A DNA stretch of 32,000 nucleotides from Desulfotalea psychrophila LSv54 (GCF_000025945.1 NC_006138.1:450001-482000); one strand, 5' to 3'; shown: positions 1-8,343, numbered from the stretch's first letter. Made by a program: numbers and translations. Notes: generated by a model from the letters alone, not told the origin.

Positions 1-2054
1 CAGTTCGCCTCAATTATACCTCTCTTCCTGAGAACCTCTACAATCACGGTGGCCAGCTCTTCCTTTGCCATGTTATTAAGCTCATCAAACGCACATCGAG
101 TATGTCCGTCCAGATCTTTCTCTTTAAAATTCAAACTTACCACCCTCTGTTTTTCAGCTTTTTGATTGAACGGCTCATTGTTCTGAACAAAAAGCAAGGC
201 GCCCAAAAAAGGATTCTCTGCTGTCTCAAGCGTATTGGTAAACTTAGCCTGAACTTGCAAGCTCCCTGTGTTATAGGCAGTCAGCAAGATTGAATAGTCA
301 AAACTCCGCTCGTTGCGCTGGTTATCCTCCAAGAGAGCTGTGAAAATCCCAGAAAACCCCGCCATTTTACGAGCAAGGCCTTTCTTGGTGTTGAGTTGCG
401 AAAGTGGCAAGCCTTCTACATCACGCCCTTGCACGGATTGTAGCTTAGTTGCCAGAGCACTTTTCCCCGCAGCAGGAGCTCCATATAGTGACAGGAAAGG
501 AAAAAAATTCTCACGCGCTTTGATCTGGTTGACAAACCAACTGGCCAGAGTCCACGAAAAAGCCATGGCGCCATTGGCCCCCCATGCAGCATAGAAAAGG
601 CTATAAATCCTCCCCACGTCGACAGAACGCCCGACAAGAGGGGTTATAGCTTTATCTCCTGCTTGTGGTGCTGGACTTAACATTGAACTATGGTCTAAGC
701 GAAAGAGCCCCCTCCTGTCCTTCTGCAAAAGCCTTCCTTTGGGGTCGATGGCGAAACTGTCAAAAACATACCAATTGGTTTGCGGATCGTAACCAGCAAC
801 GGGGATCTGCCGAACCTCAGGAGCCTTACTGGTTGCTATCATCGTTGCAAGTGCCGTTATAGCATTATTCTTACCTTCAAAATTAACCTTGGCACTACTC
901 AGCAAAAAAGCACCAAAATCACGCCCTGCTGCTAGCGTCTTACCCGAAGCAACACAATCCACAGGCCGACCGGCCAAAGGTGTTACACGAAGCTGATAGA
1001 GGTATTCCCTCTGCTTTTGATTGCCTATATTGATGAAAGAAACTACATCAATAACAAACAACCCCACACGCTCGGTCTTTGCTTGGGTAGCTTCTCCACG
1101 TATTCGCACCTCGCTGTACCAGGTACAACCATCGAAAACAAATAGCCCCGCTGCATTCCCAAAATATTCATAATATAATTTACCGTAATGATGGGCTGAT
1201 TCAGCAAGAGAAAGATTCGCATTGCACCTATAGCCCTGTTCATTCTCTTTAAAAAGCTGTTCTCCCTCGCCTCTTGCACGTTGCAAAATATCATTCCAAT
1301 CTAGCCCTTCGGGTGGCATGATTGCTTGTGCAGCCGAAAAAGCGCCAAGATATTTTTTGGTAGCCAGTGTTCCTGCCTTGTCATTATCAAAAGCACAGAT
1401 CAATTGATACTTCTCCAAACCCTCAAGCTTGGCAGGATCTTGCCCCGATGACAAAACAGCTATTGCCTGTACTTCCATCTGAAGAAGGCTTAACGCGTCA
1501 ATAATTCCTTCAACAACCGCCACTGGTCGCGATGCTTCAAGCGGCCTTGCAGGATGCGTCCACCATAGCCCCGAGGTAGAGCCGTTGTTATGAGTCTTCC
1601 CTTCACCCTGAGGGGGATTAAAAAGCCTGCCATTGTAGACATCTTTACCTTGAGAGTCTTTCCCCACGGGAAACATCACAGCCCCCGTTTTAAGCCCCTG
1701 CCTAGTGTTCTTCCAGTATCTAAAGTCAAGCCCTTCCAAAACGGCAGCCGACAGACCACGCCCCTTCAAGTATTCACGGGCTGGTTTATGCGGATCACTC
1801 TTAGTGGGCTTGTACTCCTGCTCAATATCAAAGGTGATATTAAACAGATCACGGGTTTTCGTTTTGGCTCCACAGCTATTGGCACGATTGCAATTAATCG
1901 AATAGGGTTCCTGCTGCACAGCCCATGCGGTCTTGTCTCCACACACTGGGCAAACAAGATTAGCAATAGTTCGTCCATTCTCTTTGGTGCGGGCAGAGCA
2001 ATATTCCGATGCTTTAAGTGCTTGGTAGCACTTTTCTGCAAGTTTATTTTTCAT
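1..2054 (-). CDS. Phage/satellite-like primase-helicase (Toprim plus P-loop ATPase), C-terminus truncated by window edge
   Basis: Manual minus-strand translation gives one open frame from ATG at 2054 to the window edge, so it is absent from the complete-ORF track. It starts MKNKLAEKCYQALKASEYCSAR. Motifs: zinc-finger-like CPVCGDKT...INCNRANSCG, Toprim-like VVEGIIDALSL and CAFDNDKAG, Walker A-like LYGAPAAGKSALATK. Confidence 0.82.
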   Translation of the reverse strand, partial: MKNKLAEKCYQALKASEYCSARTKENGRTIANLVCPVCGDKTAWAVQQEPYSINCNRANSCGAKTKTRDLFNITFDIEQEYKPTKSDPHKPAREYLKGRGLSAAVLEGLDFRYWKNTRQGLKTGAVMFPVGKDSQGKDVYNGRLFNPPQGEGKTHNNGSTSGLWWTHPARPLEASRPVAVVEGIIDALSLLQMEVQAIAVLSSGQDPAKLEGLEKYQLICAFDNDKAGTLATKKYLGAFSAAQAIMPPEGLDWNDILQRARGEGEQLFKENEQGYRCNANLSLAESAHHYGKLYYEYFGNAAGLFVFDGCTWYSEVRIRGEATQAKTERVGLFVIDVVSFINIGNQKQREYLYQLRVTPLAGRPVDCVASGKTLAAGRDFGAFLLSSAKVNFEGKNNAITALATMIATSKAPEVRQIPVAGYDPQTNWYVFDSFAIDPKGRLLQKDRRGLFRLDHSSMLSPAPQAGDKAITPLVGRSVDVGRIYSLFYAAWGANGAMAFSWTLASWFVNQIKARENFFPFLSLYGAPAAGKSALATKLQSVQGRDVEGLPLSQLNTKKGLARKMAGFSGIFTALLEDNQRNERSFDYSILLTAYNTGSLQVQAKFTNTLETAENPFLGALLFVQNNEPFNQKAEKQRVVSLNFKEKDLDGHTRCAFDELNNMAKEELATVIVEVLRKRGIIEAN

Positions 2055-2151
2055 AGGTTTTTCTACTTGTGTCTGATGGGAAAGACCTATAGATTTGCTA
2101 GTGAGTCCTTCTATAGGTCTTGTAGTGGATGATCCTGCTACTGCAACTCGG

Positions 2152-2649
2152 TTATGTGGTTGGCGCCTCCGGCCGAGTTGCACCTTCTACAACATCAAGC
2201 CACTCCACTTCATAGTTAGTAACCGTTGCTTGGGCTTTTCTATTTAAGACTCCCTCCTCACCATCTTCAAAAAAAGCAATAACAGATAAGGTTCCACTCC
2301 CTTCAACCTTCCCAAACAAGGCAAAGGGTAAACTTTCACATGAATCTTCATCAAGTCGTTCTTCTCTGCAAGCAATAGGCAACCGGCAACCTCTAAGAAT
2401 TTTCAGATCACAAGGCAGAGACTCGTTTTTAATGTTGGGTGAAATTTGGAGGGCACGTGCGACCTCTTCCAGTGCTTCGAAATAGACAACTGTTTCTGCC
2501 AATCGCTTAGGTGAATCATCAAGCCATGTCTTCACACCATCGTAACGACAGGGAGTGACAACCCGATTTGAACCATTGAGGTGTAGTTTGATTATTTCTT
2601 TATAACCTTGAGGAACTTGCTCAGAAATGACTTTTACGAATGCTTCCAT
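2152..2649 (-). CDS. Hypothetical protein of the integrative element (~165 aa; starts MEAFVKVISEQ)
   Basis: ORF track 2152..2721. The internal ATG at 2649 overlaps the upstream stop as TAATG, suggesting coupling to the AlpA-like gene. No family recognised. Confidence 0.6.
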   Translation of the reverse strand: MEAFVKVISEQVPQGYKEIIKLHLNGSNRVVTPCRYDGVKTWLDDSPKRLAETVVYFEALEEVARALQISPNIKNESLPCDLKILRGCRLPIACREERLDEDSCESLPFALFGKVEGSGTLSVIAFFEDGEEGVLNRKAQATVTNYEVEWLDVVEGATRPEAPTT

Positions 2650-2903
2650 TACGCCACCTCCACATGCTGCTGTATAAATGGACGTCCTTCTAAAAAAGCA
2701 AGAATGTCTTGAAGTCGCCAAGCGACAGCACGACCTCCCATCTTCTGAGCTTTAGGAAAGGACTGATTTGCCATTTTTGCATAGATCGAGGCCGTACTGT
2801 AACCTGTGAGGGTTTTTACTTCTGGGAGGCGTATACGTCTTTCTGGGTGGTTAAGAATATCTGGGCTTACTGCGTGGGATGGTGCGGTTGTCTTTTGATT
2901 CAT
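2649..2903 (-). CDS. AlpA-like/MerR-like helix-turn-helix regulator (possible excisionase)
   Basis: ORF track 2649..2921; likely start MNQKTTAP. Sequence RIRLPEVKTLTGYSTASIYAKMANQSFPKAQKMGGRAVAWRLQDILAFLEGR matches the typical AlpA pattern. Confidence 0.85.
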   Translation of the reverse strand: MNQKTTAPSHAVSPDILNHPERRIRLPEVKTLTGYSTASIYAKMANQSFPKAQKMGGRAVAWRLQDILAFLEGRPFIQQHVEVA

Positions 2904-3039
2904 GCTTTCACCTTTTGACAATGGTTGAGGTAAAAGGCACTTGTATATTTTACTGTGCCTGTTTGTAGCTCTTTGGTTTTACTGAGCTTTCAAACACGTT
3001 ACAGCAAGTTCTTTCTTTAGAAAAATAGCAACTATTAAG

Positions 3040-3075
3040 ACTTACATGGCAAGTATCTAGACTTGCCCAGTAAGT
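3040..3075. repeat. Long imperfect palindrome ACTTACatGGCAAGT-atctag-ACTTGCCcaGTAAGT
   Basis: Two 15-nt arms pair except at the central 2 nt, with a 6-nt loop. It lies upstream of the AlpA-like gene and beyond the stop of the 330-aa ORF. An adjacent AGTGT-ca-ACACT sits at about 3073-3084. Confidence 0.7.
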
Positions 3076-3103
3076 GTCAACACTCACCGCCCTTATCACG
3101 TTC

Positions 3104-4039
3104 TTATTTACGCTTTAAATCTTTGGGAACACGACCTTTTTTTTCTATATTGTAATTACAAATAAGCATCTTTATTATTATGTCTGAGCTATAAGGATGA
3201 ATCTTTTCTACTTTTTTATTGCCCTTGTTTTCGGTGTTATAATCCGTTACTAGACGCACTATTTCTGTTGCTAACTCTCCCGGATACTTCCCTTCATACC
3301 CCACAAAATCCTTTTTTTTGTTATGACGATCAATGAGCTCTAGCGTAGGCATGTGATCTTTTTTTGTATTTTCTTTTCTAGCTTCTGTAGCCTTTCTAAT
3401 GCTAGCCTCTTTTCTTATTTTTTCAGCAGCAGACTCTATCCTTGCGCTGAAAAGATCTACGTTCTTATGGGTATGAACAGAGAATATTTGAAGTAAACAA
3501 AGCATTTTTTGATGAAGCAGAAGCTCGCTCCCATTGGTTTCCTGAGCGCGCGTGGTACGTAATTGAAACCAAGCCAATAACACAACCCCTAATGGAACAA
3601 ACAATTCTACGGTGTTTTTTTCAAAATTAATTCTGCCACTTATGACATGACGCAAAATGCTCACCAATATATGTGGATGGACGATAGAATCTTGTGATGA
3701 GTCAAAATTTTCTTCAGGAATAATCTTCGCTAGAGAAGCCATGGCCATAATATCAAGCTCGTTTAATTTTTCTTCTTCTTTTTCCAGACTTCCCCAAATT
3801 TTATGAAATGTAGCTATTGAATTTATCTCTACATCAGAACAGTGTCCAGAGAGAGCTAGTCGCCCATTATTAGACAAAAGAGTATTACACTTAAAATCGA
3901 TGTTATCTAACAAGGTCTCTTTAATTGTTTGAAAGCAATGGCTATCAAAACCTACCCACAGGCTCTTGTTATTCTTATTCTTATTACAGTTTACGCTTTC
4001 AGAAAATAGCGTAATAACATCCTCTTGATTATACTTCAT
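3104..4039 (-). CDS. Hypothetical protein, Lys-rich, of unknown function
   Basis: ORF track 3104..4096 (330 aa). The start MKYNQEDVITLF at about 4039 avoids overlap with the integrase stop at 4057. No family recognised. Confidence 0.6.
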   Translation of the reverse strand: MKYNQEDVITLFSESVNCNKNKNNKSLWVGFDSHCFQTIKETLLDNIDFKCNTLLSNNGRLALSGHCSDVEINSIATFHKIWGSLEKEEEKLNELDIMAMASLAKIIPEENFDSSQDSIVHPHILVSILRHVISGRINFEKNTVELFVPLGVVLLAWFQLRTTRAQETNGSELLLHQKMLCLLQIFSVHTHKNVDLFSARIESAAEKIRKEASIRKATEARKENTKKDHMPTLELIDRHNKKKDFVGYEGKYPGELATEIVRLVTDYNTENKGNKKVEKIHPYSSDIIIKMLICNYNIEKKGRVPKDLKRK

Positions 4040-4056
4040 GCCTTGTCTAGCCTCTG

Positions 4057-5256
4057 TTATTGGTTTTCTAGCCGATGGAGTTTCTCCCCCCACCACTGCA
4101 AAAGCTCTCTTCTTTGCTCTAGATATTCCGCTCGATTATAGGCCCCTTTCACCTTATTTTTTTCTTCGTGAGCAAGGGATTTCTCTATTACTTCACTGGC
4201 AAAGCCCGATTGCTCATGGGCCATGGAAGAAAATGAAGAACGAAAACCATGCGGGGTGGCCTTACCTCTATAGCCCATATCTCGAAAAGCCTTTCCCATA
4301 GCGTTATCAGACATAGGTTTGCTCCTATCTCTAATACTGGGAAAGACAAAACCATCCTCTCCCCACAGGGCTCCTGCACGGTGAAGAATAGCAAGGGCTT
4401 GTATTGACAGAGGTACTATATGGGCTCGCCTCATCTTCATGCGTTCGGCCGGTATATGCCACTCATTGGTATCAAGATTGACCTCTTGCCAACGGGCATT
4501 ACGAACCTCGCCACCACGACAAGCTGTGAGGGCTGTAAATTGAATAGCCAGCTTCGTTGTCACGTGGATTTTCTGATTAGAGGAGATATCTTGCAGGAGT
4601 TGTGCTAATTCAGAATCAAAAACTGCTGGCATGTGCTCAACTGTTTTTGCTTTTAAAGCGCCCTGCATATCAGCAGCAGGATTATAGGTGGCCCGACCTG
4701 TTTGGATTGCGTAACGGAAAACAGCATTAGTGCGTTGTAAAACTTTACGGACGATCTCAAGAGATCCTCTATTTTCTATGGCTCTGATTGTCCTTAGAAC
4801 ATCAGGAGGGGTTATCGTATCAACAGGAGTATTGCCAAAAGCTGAAAACACGTTGTTCCGTAGTGAGGCAAGAACAGCTTGTTGGTGGCTTGGAGACCAG
4901 CTCTCCTTGTTATTCTCGATCCACTCTAGGGCGATATACTCAAAAGATTTTGAACGATCGTCCCGCTCTGCCTTCTCTTTGGATATCACTTCCTGCTTTT
5001 TTCTGCGTCTTTCTCTAGCTGGGTTGCAACCTTCCCGAACTAAGGCCCGAGCCTCTCTATGAATTTTTCTCGCTTGCTCTAAGGACAATTCAGGATAGCG
5101 ACCTAATACACACATCTGCTGCTTATCATCCAGCCGATAACGATACAGCCACCGCTTTACCCCTGACTTCGTCACCTCAAAAGACAAGCCCAAACCATCT
5201 GATAAACGACAAGGATCTTTCGCATTTCTTACTTGCAAAGCTTTAAGAGTAGGCAC
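4057..5256 (-). CDS. Tyrosine recombinase/integrase, P4-type with DUF4102-like N-terminus
   Basis: N-terminus DPCRLSDGLGLSFEVTKSGVKRWLYRYRLDDKQQMCVLGRYPELSLEQARK. Catalytic-region motifs TALTACRGGEVRNARW, TPHGFRSSFSSMAHE and AYNRAEYLEQRRELLQWW. Adjacent to a tRNA 3' end. Confidence 0.95.
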   Translation of the reverse strand: MPTLKALQVRNAKDPCRLSDGLGLSFEVTKSGVKRWLYRYRLDDKQQMCVLGRYPELSLEQARKIHREARALVREGCNPARERRRKKQEVISKEKAERDDRSKSFEYIALEWIENNKESWSPSHQQAVLASLRNNVFSAFGNTPVDTITPPDVLRTIRAIENRGSLEIVRKVLQRTNAVFRYAIQTGRATYNPAADMQGALKAKTVEHMPAVFDSELAQLLQDISSNQKIHVTTKLAIQFTALTACRGGEVRNARWQEVNLDTNEWHIPAERMKMRRAHIVPLSIQALAILHRAGALWGEDGFVFPSIRDRSKPMSDNAMGKAFRDMGYRGKATPHGFRSSFSSMAHEQSGFASEVIEKSLAHEEKNKVKGAYNRAEYLEQRRELLQWWGEKLHRLENQ

Positions 5257-5268
5257 TGAATAAACTCC

Positions 5269-5317
5269 GTGTGTATATTTCAGGAACTAGTTTGTGTATC
5301 GAACAAAATATACACAC
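5269..5317. repeat. 12-bp perfect inverted repeat GTGTGTATATTT / AAATATACACAC upstream of int, with further ATACACA-like copies
   Basis: Arms at 5269-5280 and 5306-5317. Related TTTGTGTATC (about 5291) and AATACACACA (about 5319) lie between or beside them. Confidence 0.7.
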
Positions 5318-5388
5318 TAATACACACAACGTGCAAGAGATTTTACGAGAAGTAATAAGAAGGGAATAGAACGAAAAGGCATAAAAAA

Positions 5389-5415
5389 AGCCCCAAACCA
5401 TTAAGATTTGGGGCT
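5389..5415 (-). terminator. Rho-independent terminator downstream of tRNA-Leu
   Basis: AGCCCCAAA-loop-TTTGGGGCT hairpin with an A-run on the plus side (U-run on minus). Confidence 0.75.
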
Positions 5416-5451
5416 AAAATAGACTTTACTAGAAGCCTATGAAATGTCAAA

Positions 5452-5538
5452 TGGTGCCGGAGGTCGGAATCGAACCGACACGGGGTTACCCCCGCGGGAT
5501 TTTGAATCCCGTGCGTCTACCTATTTCACCACTCCGGC
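5452..5538 (-). tRNA. tRNA-Leu (anticodon CAA)
   Basis: The reverse complement GCCGGAGTGGTGAAATAGGTAGACGCACGGGATTCAAAATCCCGCGGGGGTAACCCCGTGTCGGTTCGATTCCGACCTCCGGCACCA folds as a class II tRNA with 7-bp acceptor stem, anticodon loop TTCAAAA, T-loop TTCGATT and encoded CCA. Confidence 0.96.
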
Positions 5539-5628
5539 ATGCCCATCTATATACTGCATTATACAGAGAATCGTCAAGGGTAAAGCTCGCACTACAGGAG
5601 AAAATATCCGTATGCAGGCAAAAGTCAC

Positions 5629-6198
5629 CTAAAAACTAGTGCTGGTCTCCAAAAAAACTGAGCGGAGATTATAAAAGTAGACCACCGCTGACCAAACGGA
5701 AAGAACCATGGAGACATAGAGCAAGAAGGTTCCCGTCTCGTACTGGTAGGGAAAGGGCACTACATTCAAGGGAAATATCAACAGGCCGATGCCGAAATAC
5801 TGCATGGTGCTCTTATACTTGCCGATCTGCCCCGCCGCCACCACCTTGCCGGTGGTCGCTGCCAGACCACGAAAGCCGGTGACAATGATTTCTCGACAGA
5901 TGATAAGAAGACAAACCCAGGCAGCCACCTTACCCAGAGGGATGAGCATAATGAGCCCGGTGCTGACCAGAACCTTATCAGCCAGTGGGTCCATCAGTTT
6001 ACCCAAGACCGTTTCAATTTTATAACGGCGAGCCACCCAGCCATCAACAAAGTCGGTCACTGCGGCCACAAAGAAGACAAACCAAGCCCAAAATTCCACC
6101 CAGGTGTTTTGCTCAAGGGAGAGCAGAACAACAAGAACTGGAACGAGGGCAAAACGAAATCCCGTAAGGATGTTTGGAACCGTAAGCACCTGCTTCAT
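5629..6198 (-). CDS. pgsA: CDP-diacylglycerol--glycerol-3-phosphate 3-phosphatidyltransferase
   Basis: NVPNILTGFRFALVPVLV and the CDP-alcohol phosphatidyltransferase signature DFVDGWVARRYKIETVLGKLMDPLADKVL. Confidence 0.93.
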   Translation of the reverse strand: MKQVLTVPNILTGFRFALVPVLVVLLSLEQNTWVEFWAWFVFFVAAVTDFVDGWVARRYKIETVLGKLMDPLADKVLVSTGLIMLIPLGKVAAWVCLLIICREIIVTGFRGLAATTGKVVAAGQIGKYKSTMQYFGIGLLIFPLNVVPFPYQYETGTFLLYVSMVLSVWSAVVYFYNLRSVFLETSTSF

Positions 6199-6242
6199 AA
6201 CATATCAACCCAATGCAATAATCTATATTTAATACCAGTGAA

Positions 6243-6851
6243 TTACTTCTTATCCTGAGCCTTATACAACCTATAATAGCGCATTACCTTTTTAACATAG
6301 GCAGGGGTCTCCCTGTTCTGAGGAACAGCACCAAGACGCCTGACGAGATTAGGCCCTGCATTATAGGCGGCAAGACTCAATATCACATCTCCATCAAACC
6401 TGTCAAGTTGCCTGCGAAAATACCGTGTTCCTCCTGCTATATTTTCTCCCGGGTCAAAGGGATTTTTAACCCCAAGATCCTTGGCCGTTCCGGGCATAAG
6501 CTGCATCAAGCCCTGAGCACCCTTAGAGGAGACTGCCCGACGGTCAAAATTAGACTCTACCCGAATCATGGCCCTGATAAAATTTTCATCCACCCGATAA
6601 CGCCTGCTTGCCCGCCTTATATGACTACTATAGCTGGCAGGATCAGTCCAGAGATACGTCTCTTTTGCCGAGGGGATTACAGTTTGTTTCTTGAACTGCA
6701 GGGGAACACAGCTCGCAAGCAGAGGCAGATTGGTATAGCTTAGGCCTGAAGCATCCCGGCAGACATACATAGCTGCAGAACAGGGGAGCGGCTGCAAGAC
6801 GATAAGCAGAAGAAAAAGGAGCTGTTTAAGAGGCCCAGTCCCACACTTCAT
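6243..6851 (-). CDS. Lytic transglycosylase, SLT domain
   Basis: Signal peptide, then VDENFIRAMIRVESNFDRRAVSSKGAQGLMQLMPGTAKDLGVKNPFDPGENI...YNAGPNLVRR. Start directly abuts the transaldolase stop. Confidence 0.92.
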   Translation of the reverse strand: MKCGTGPLKQLLFLLLIVLQPLPCSAAMYVCRDASGLSYTNLPLLASCVPLQFKKQTVIPSAKETYLWTDPASYSSHIRRASRRYRVDENFIRAMIRVESNFDRRAVSSKGAQGLMQLMPGTAKDLGVKNPFDPGENIAGGTRYFRRQLDRFDGDVILSLAAYNAGPNLVRRLGAVPQNRETPAYVKKVMRYYRLYKAQDKK

Positions 6852-7496
6852 CTACTGGGTGCGCTTTTCCCAATCAGCCAAAAACTGCTCCATACCCTTA
6901 TCGGTGAGGGGGTGCTTGGTCAGCTGTTTAATGGTCTTAAGCGGGATTGTAGCGATATCCGCGCCCAAGAGTGCTGAATCCAATACATGCTGAGGCCCCC
7001 GCACACTGGCGACAATAACCTCACTGGCATAGCCGTAATTATCAAAGATGGTAAGAATATCGCTGATAAGATCGGCACTGTTCACCCCGATATCATCCAG
7101 ACGGCCAACAAAGGGACTCACATAGCTGGCACCTGCCTTGGCGGCCAGGAGGGCCTGATTTGCCGAAAAGATGAGGGTGACATTGGTCTTGATACCTGCG
7201 GCACTGAGTTGGCGAACGGCCTTAAGACCTTCGGCTGTCATGGGCACCTTGATAACCACCTTCTCATCAATGCTGGCCAATTTTTTTGCCTCTGCAACCA
7301 TGCCGGGGGCATCGAGGCTAATCACCTCGGCACTTACCGGGCCATCAACAATCTTACAGATCTCGGCGATGAGTTCTTCGAAGGGTAAATTTTCTCTGGC
7401 GATAAGAGATGGATTGGTGGTAACCCCATCAACAAGGCCAAGCTCAACGCCCTCTCTAATCTCATCCAGATTGGCGGTATCAATAAAAAATTTCAT
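6852..7496 (-). CDS. Transaldolase (small TalC/FSA-type)
   Basis: [36 protein letters not shown]...[14 protein letters not shown]...SPFVGRLDD. Confidence 0.93.
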   Translation of the reverse strand: MKFFIDTANLDEIREGVELGLVDGVTTNPSLIARENLPFEELIAEICKIVDGPVSAEVISLDAPGMVAEAKKLASIDEKVVIKVPMTAEGLKAVRQLSAAGIKTNVTLIFSANQALLAAKAGASYVSPFVGRLDDIGVNSADLISDILTIFDNYGYASEVIVASVRGPQHVLDSALLGADIATIPLKTIKQLTKHPLTDKGMEQFLADWEKRTQ

Positions 7497-7762
7497 TCCT
7501 TCTCCTCGTGATTTTTTTCATAGATTTCACAGCACTCTTCGCTGCAAAAGTAAACTATTTCCCCATCAACCTTAGACCTCAAGGCCTGCTCCCTCGGCAG
7601 CAGCTTATGACAGACAGGATCTTCCACTAGAATATCATTTACTATAGCAGAATCAGCCTCAACCTCCGTCACATTATTTTGATGTTTTTTCACCAGAGAG
7701 GAGATCAGATAGTAGAGCAGATAGACAAGAACCGCCAAAACGAAATATCTTATAAGTATCAT
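7493..7762 (-). CDS. Small membrane-anchored YHS-like/metal-binding-type protein
   Basis: One N-terminal TM segment, then [37 protein letters not shown]. 4-nt overlap with the transaldolase gene. Confidence 0.7.
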   Translation of the reverse strand: MILIRYFVLAVLVYLLYYLISSLVKKHQNNVTEVEADSAIVNDILVEDPVCHKLLPREQALRSKVDGEIVYFCSEECCEIYEKNHEEKE

Positions 7763-7806
7763 AAATCATCCCCGTAGGGCCTCAGAAGAACACAGGCAAC
7801 TAATCT

Positions 7807-8334
7807 TTACCAAGATATTTTTTCTATATCCTGACTCTCTAAAACTCCCAATCGCAAACGACGTTGCAGATCTTCTTCAAGCAGGGTCACCGTCCTTCCC
7901 CCCTCCCACTCCTGCCAATCCGGGGCAATCTCCCGCAAAGGAGAGAGAACAAAGAGACGGTCGGCAAGATGGGGATGAGGCAGAGTCAGACGAGCTGTCT
8001 GCATCCGCTCATCAGCATAGTATAACAGATCAAGATCCAGACTACGATCCTGATATCCCAGCTGATCCGGAGAACGTTTTCGGCCAAAATGGGCCTCCGT
8101 TGCCAACAGCTGGTCAAGGAGGTTCAGGGCCGAGATCTCTACCCGCAGGCAGCCAACCGCGTTAACAAAGAGATTATCACTCTCCATGCCAACAGGGGCG
8201 CTCTGATAGGGAGAGGAGAGGGAGACAGTCTCTACACCCTTAAGATTGGCCAAATGCTGCCAGGCCGCAAGAAGAAGGGCCCGGCTGTCACCCAGATTAG
8301 ACCCCATACCTATATAGGCTATTACCTTTGCCAA
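7807..8334 (-). CDS. folK: 2-amino-4-hydroxy-6-hydroxymethyldihydropteridine diphosphokinase
   Basis: YIGMGSNLGDSRALL...NAVGCLRVE...ATEAHFGRKRSPDQLGYQDRSLDLDLLYYADE...LPHPHLADRLFVLSPL. Confidence 0.95.
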   Translation of the reverse strand: MAKVIAYIGMGSNLGDSRALLLAAWQHLANLKGVETVSLSSPYQSAPVGMESDNLFVNAVGCLRVEISALNLLDQLLATEAHFGRKRSPDQLGYQDRSLDLDLLYYADERMQTARLTLPHPHLADRLFVLSPLREIAPDWQEWEGGRTVTLLEEDLQRRLRLGVLESQDIEKISW

Positions 8335-8343
8335 GAAGCTCTC

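Noticed and set aside
1590-2132. 180-aa plus-strand ORF
   Set aside because: Antisense to the intact reading frame of the primase-helicase, which has clear zinc-finger, Toprim and P-loop motifs.
1-5256. A complete novel defence system in the accessory region
   Set aside because: Two ORFs are unrecognised, but nothing in their sequence (nuclease, TIR, ATPase, RT or toxin motifs) supports a defence claim, and the element is cut off at the window edge. Kept only as a testable hypothesis.
5439-5639. Plus-strand ORF with VPEVGIEPTRGYPRGILNPVRLPISPLRH
   Set aside because: This is the common false protein created by translating the antisense of a tRNA-Leu gene.
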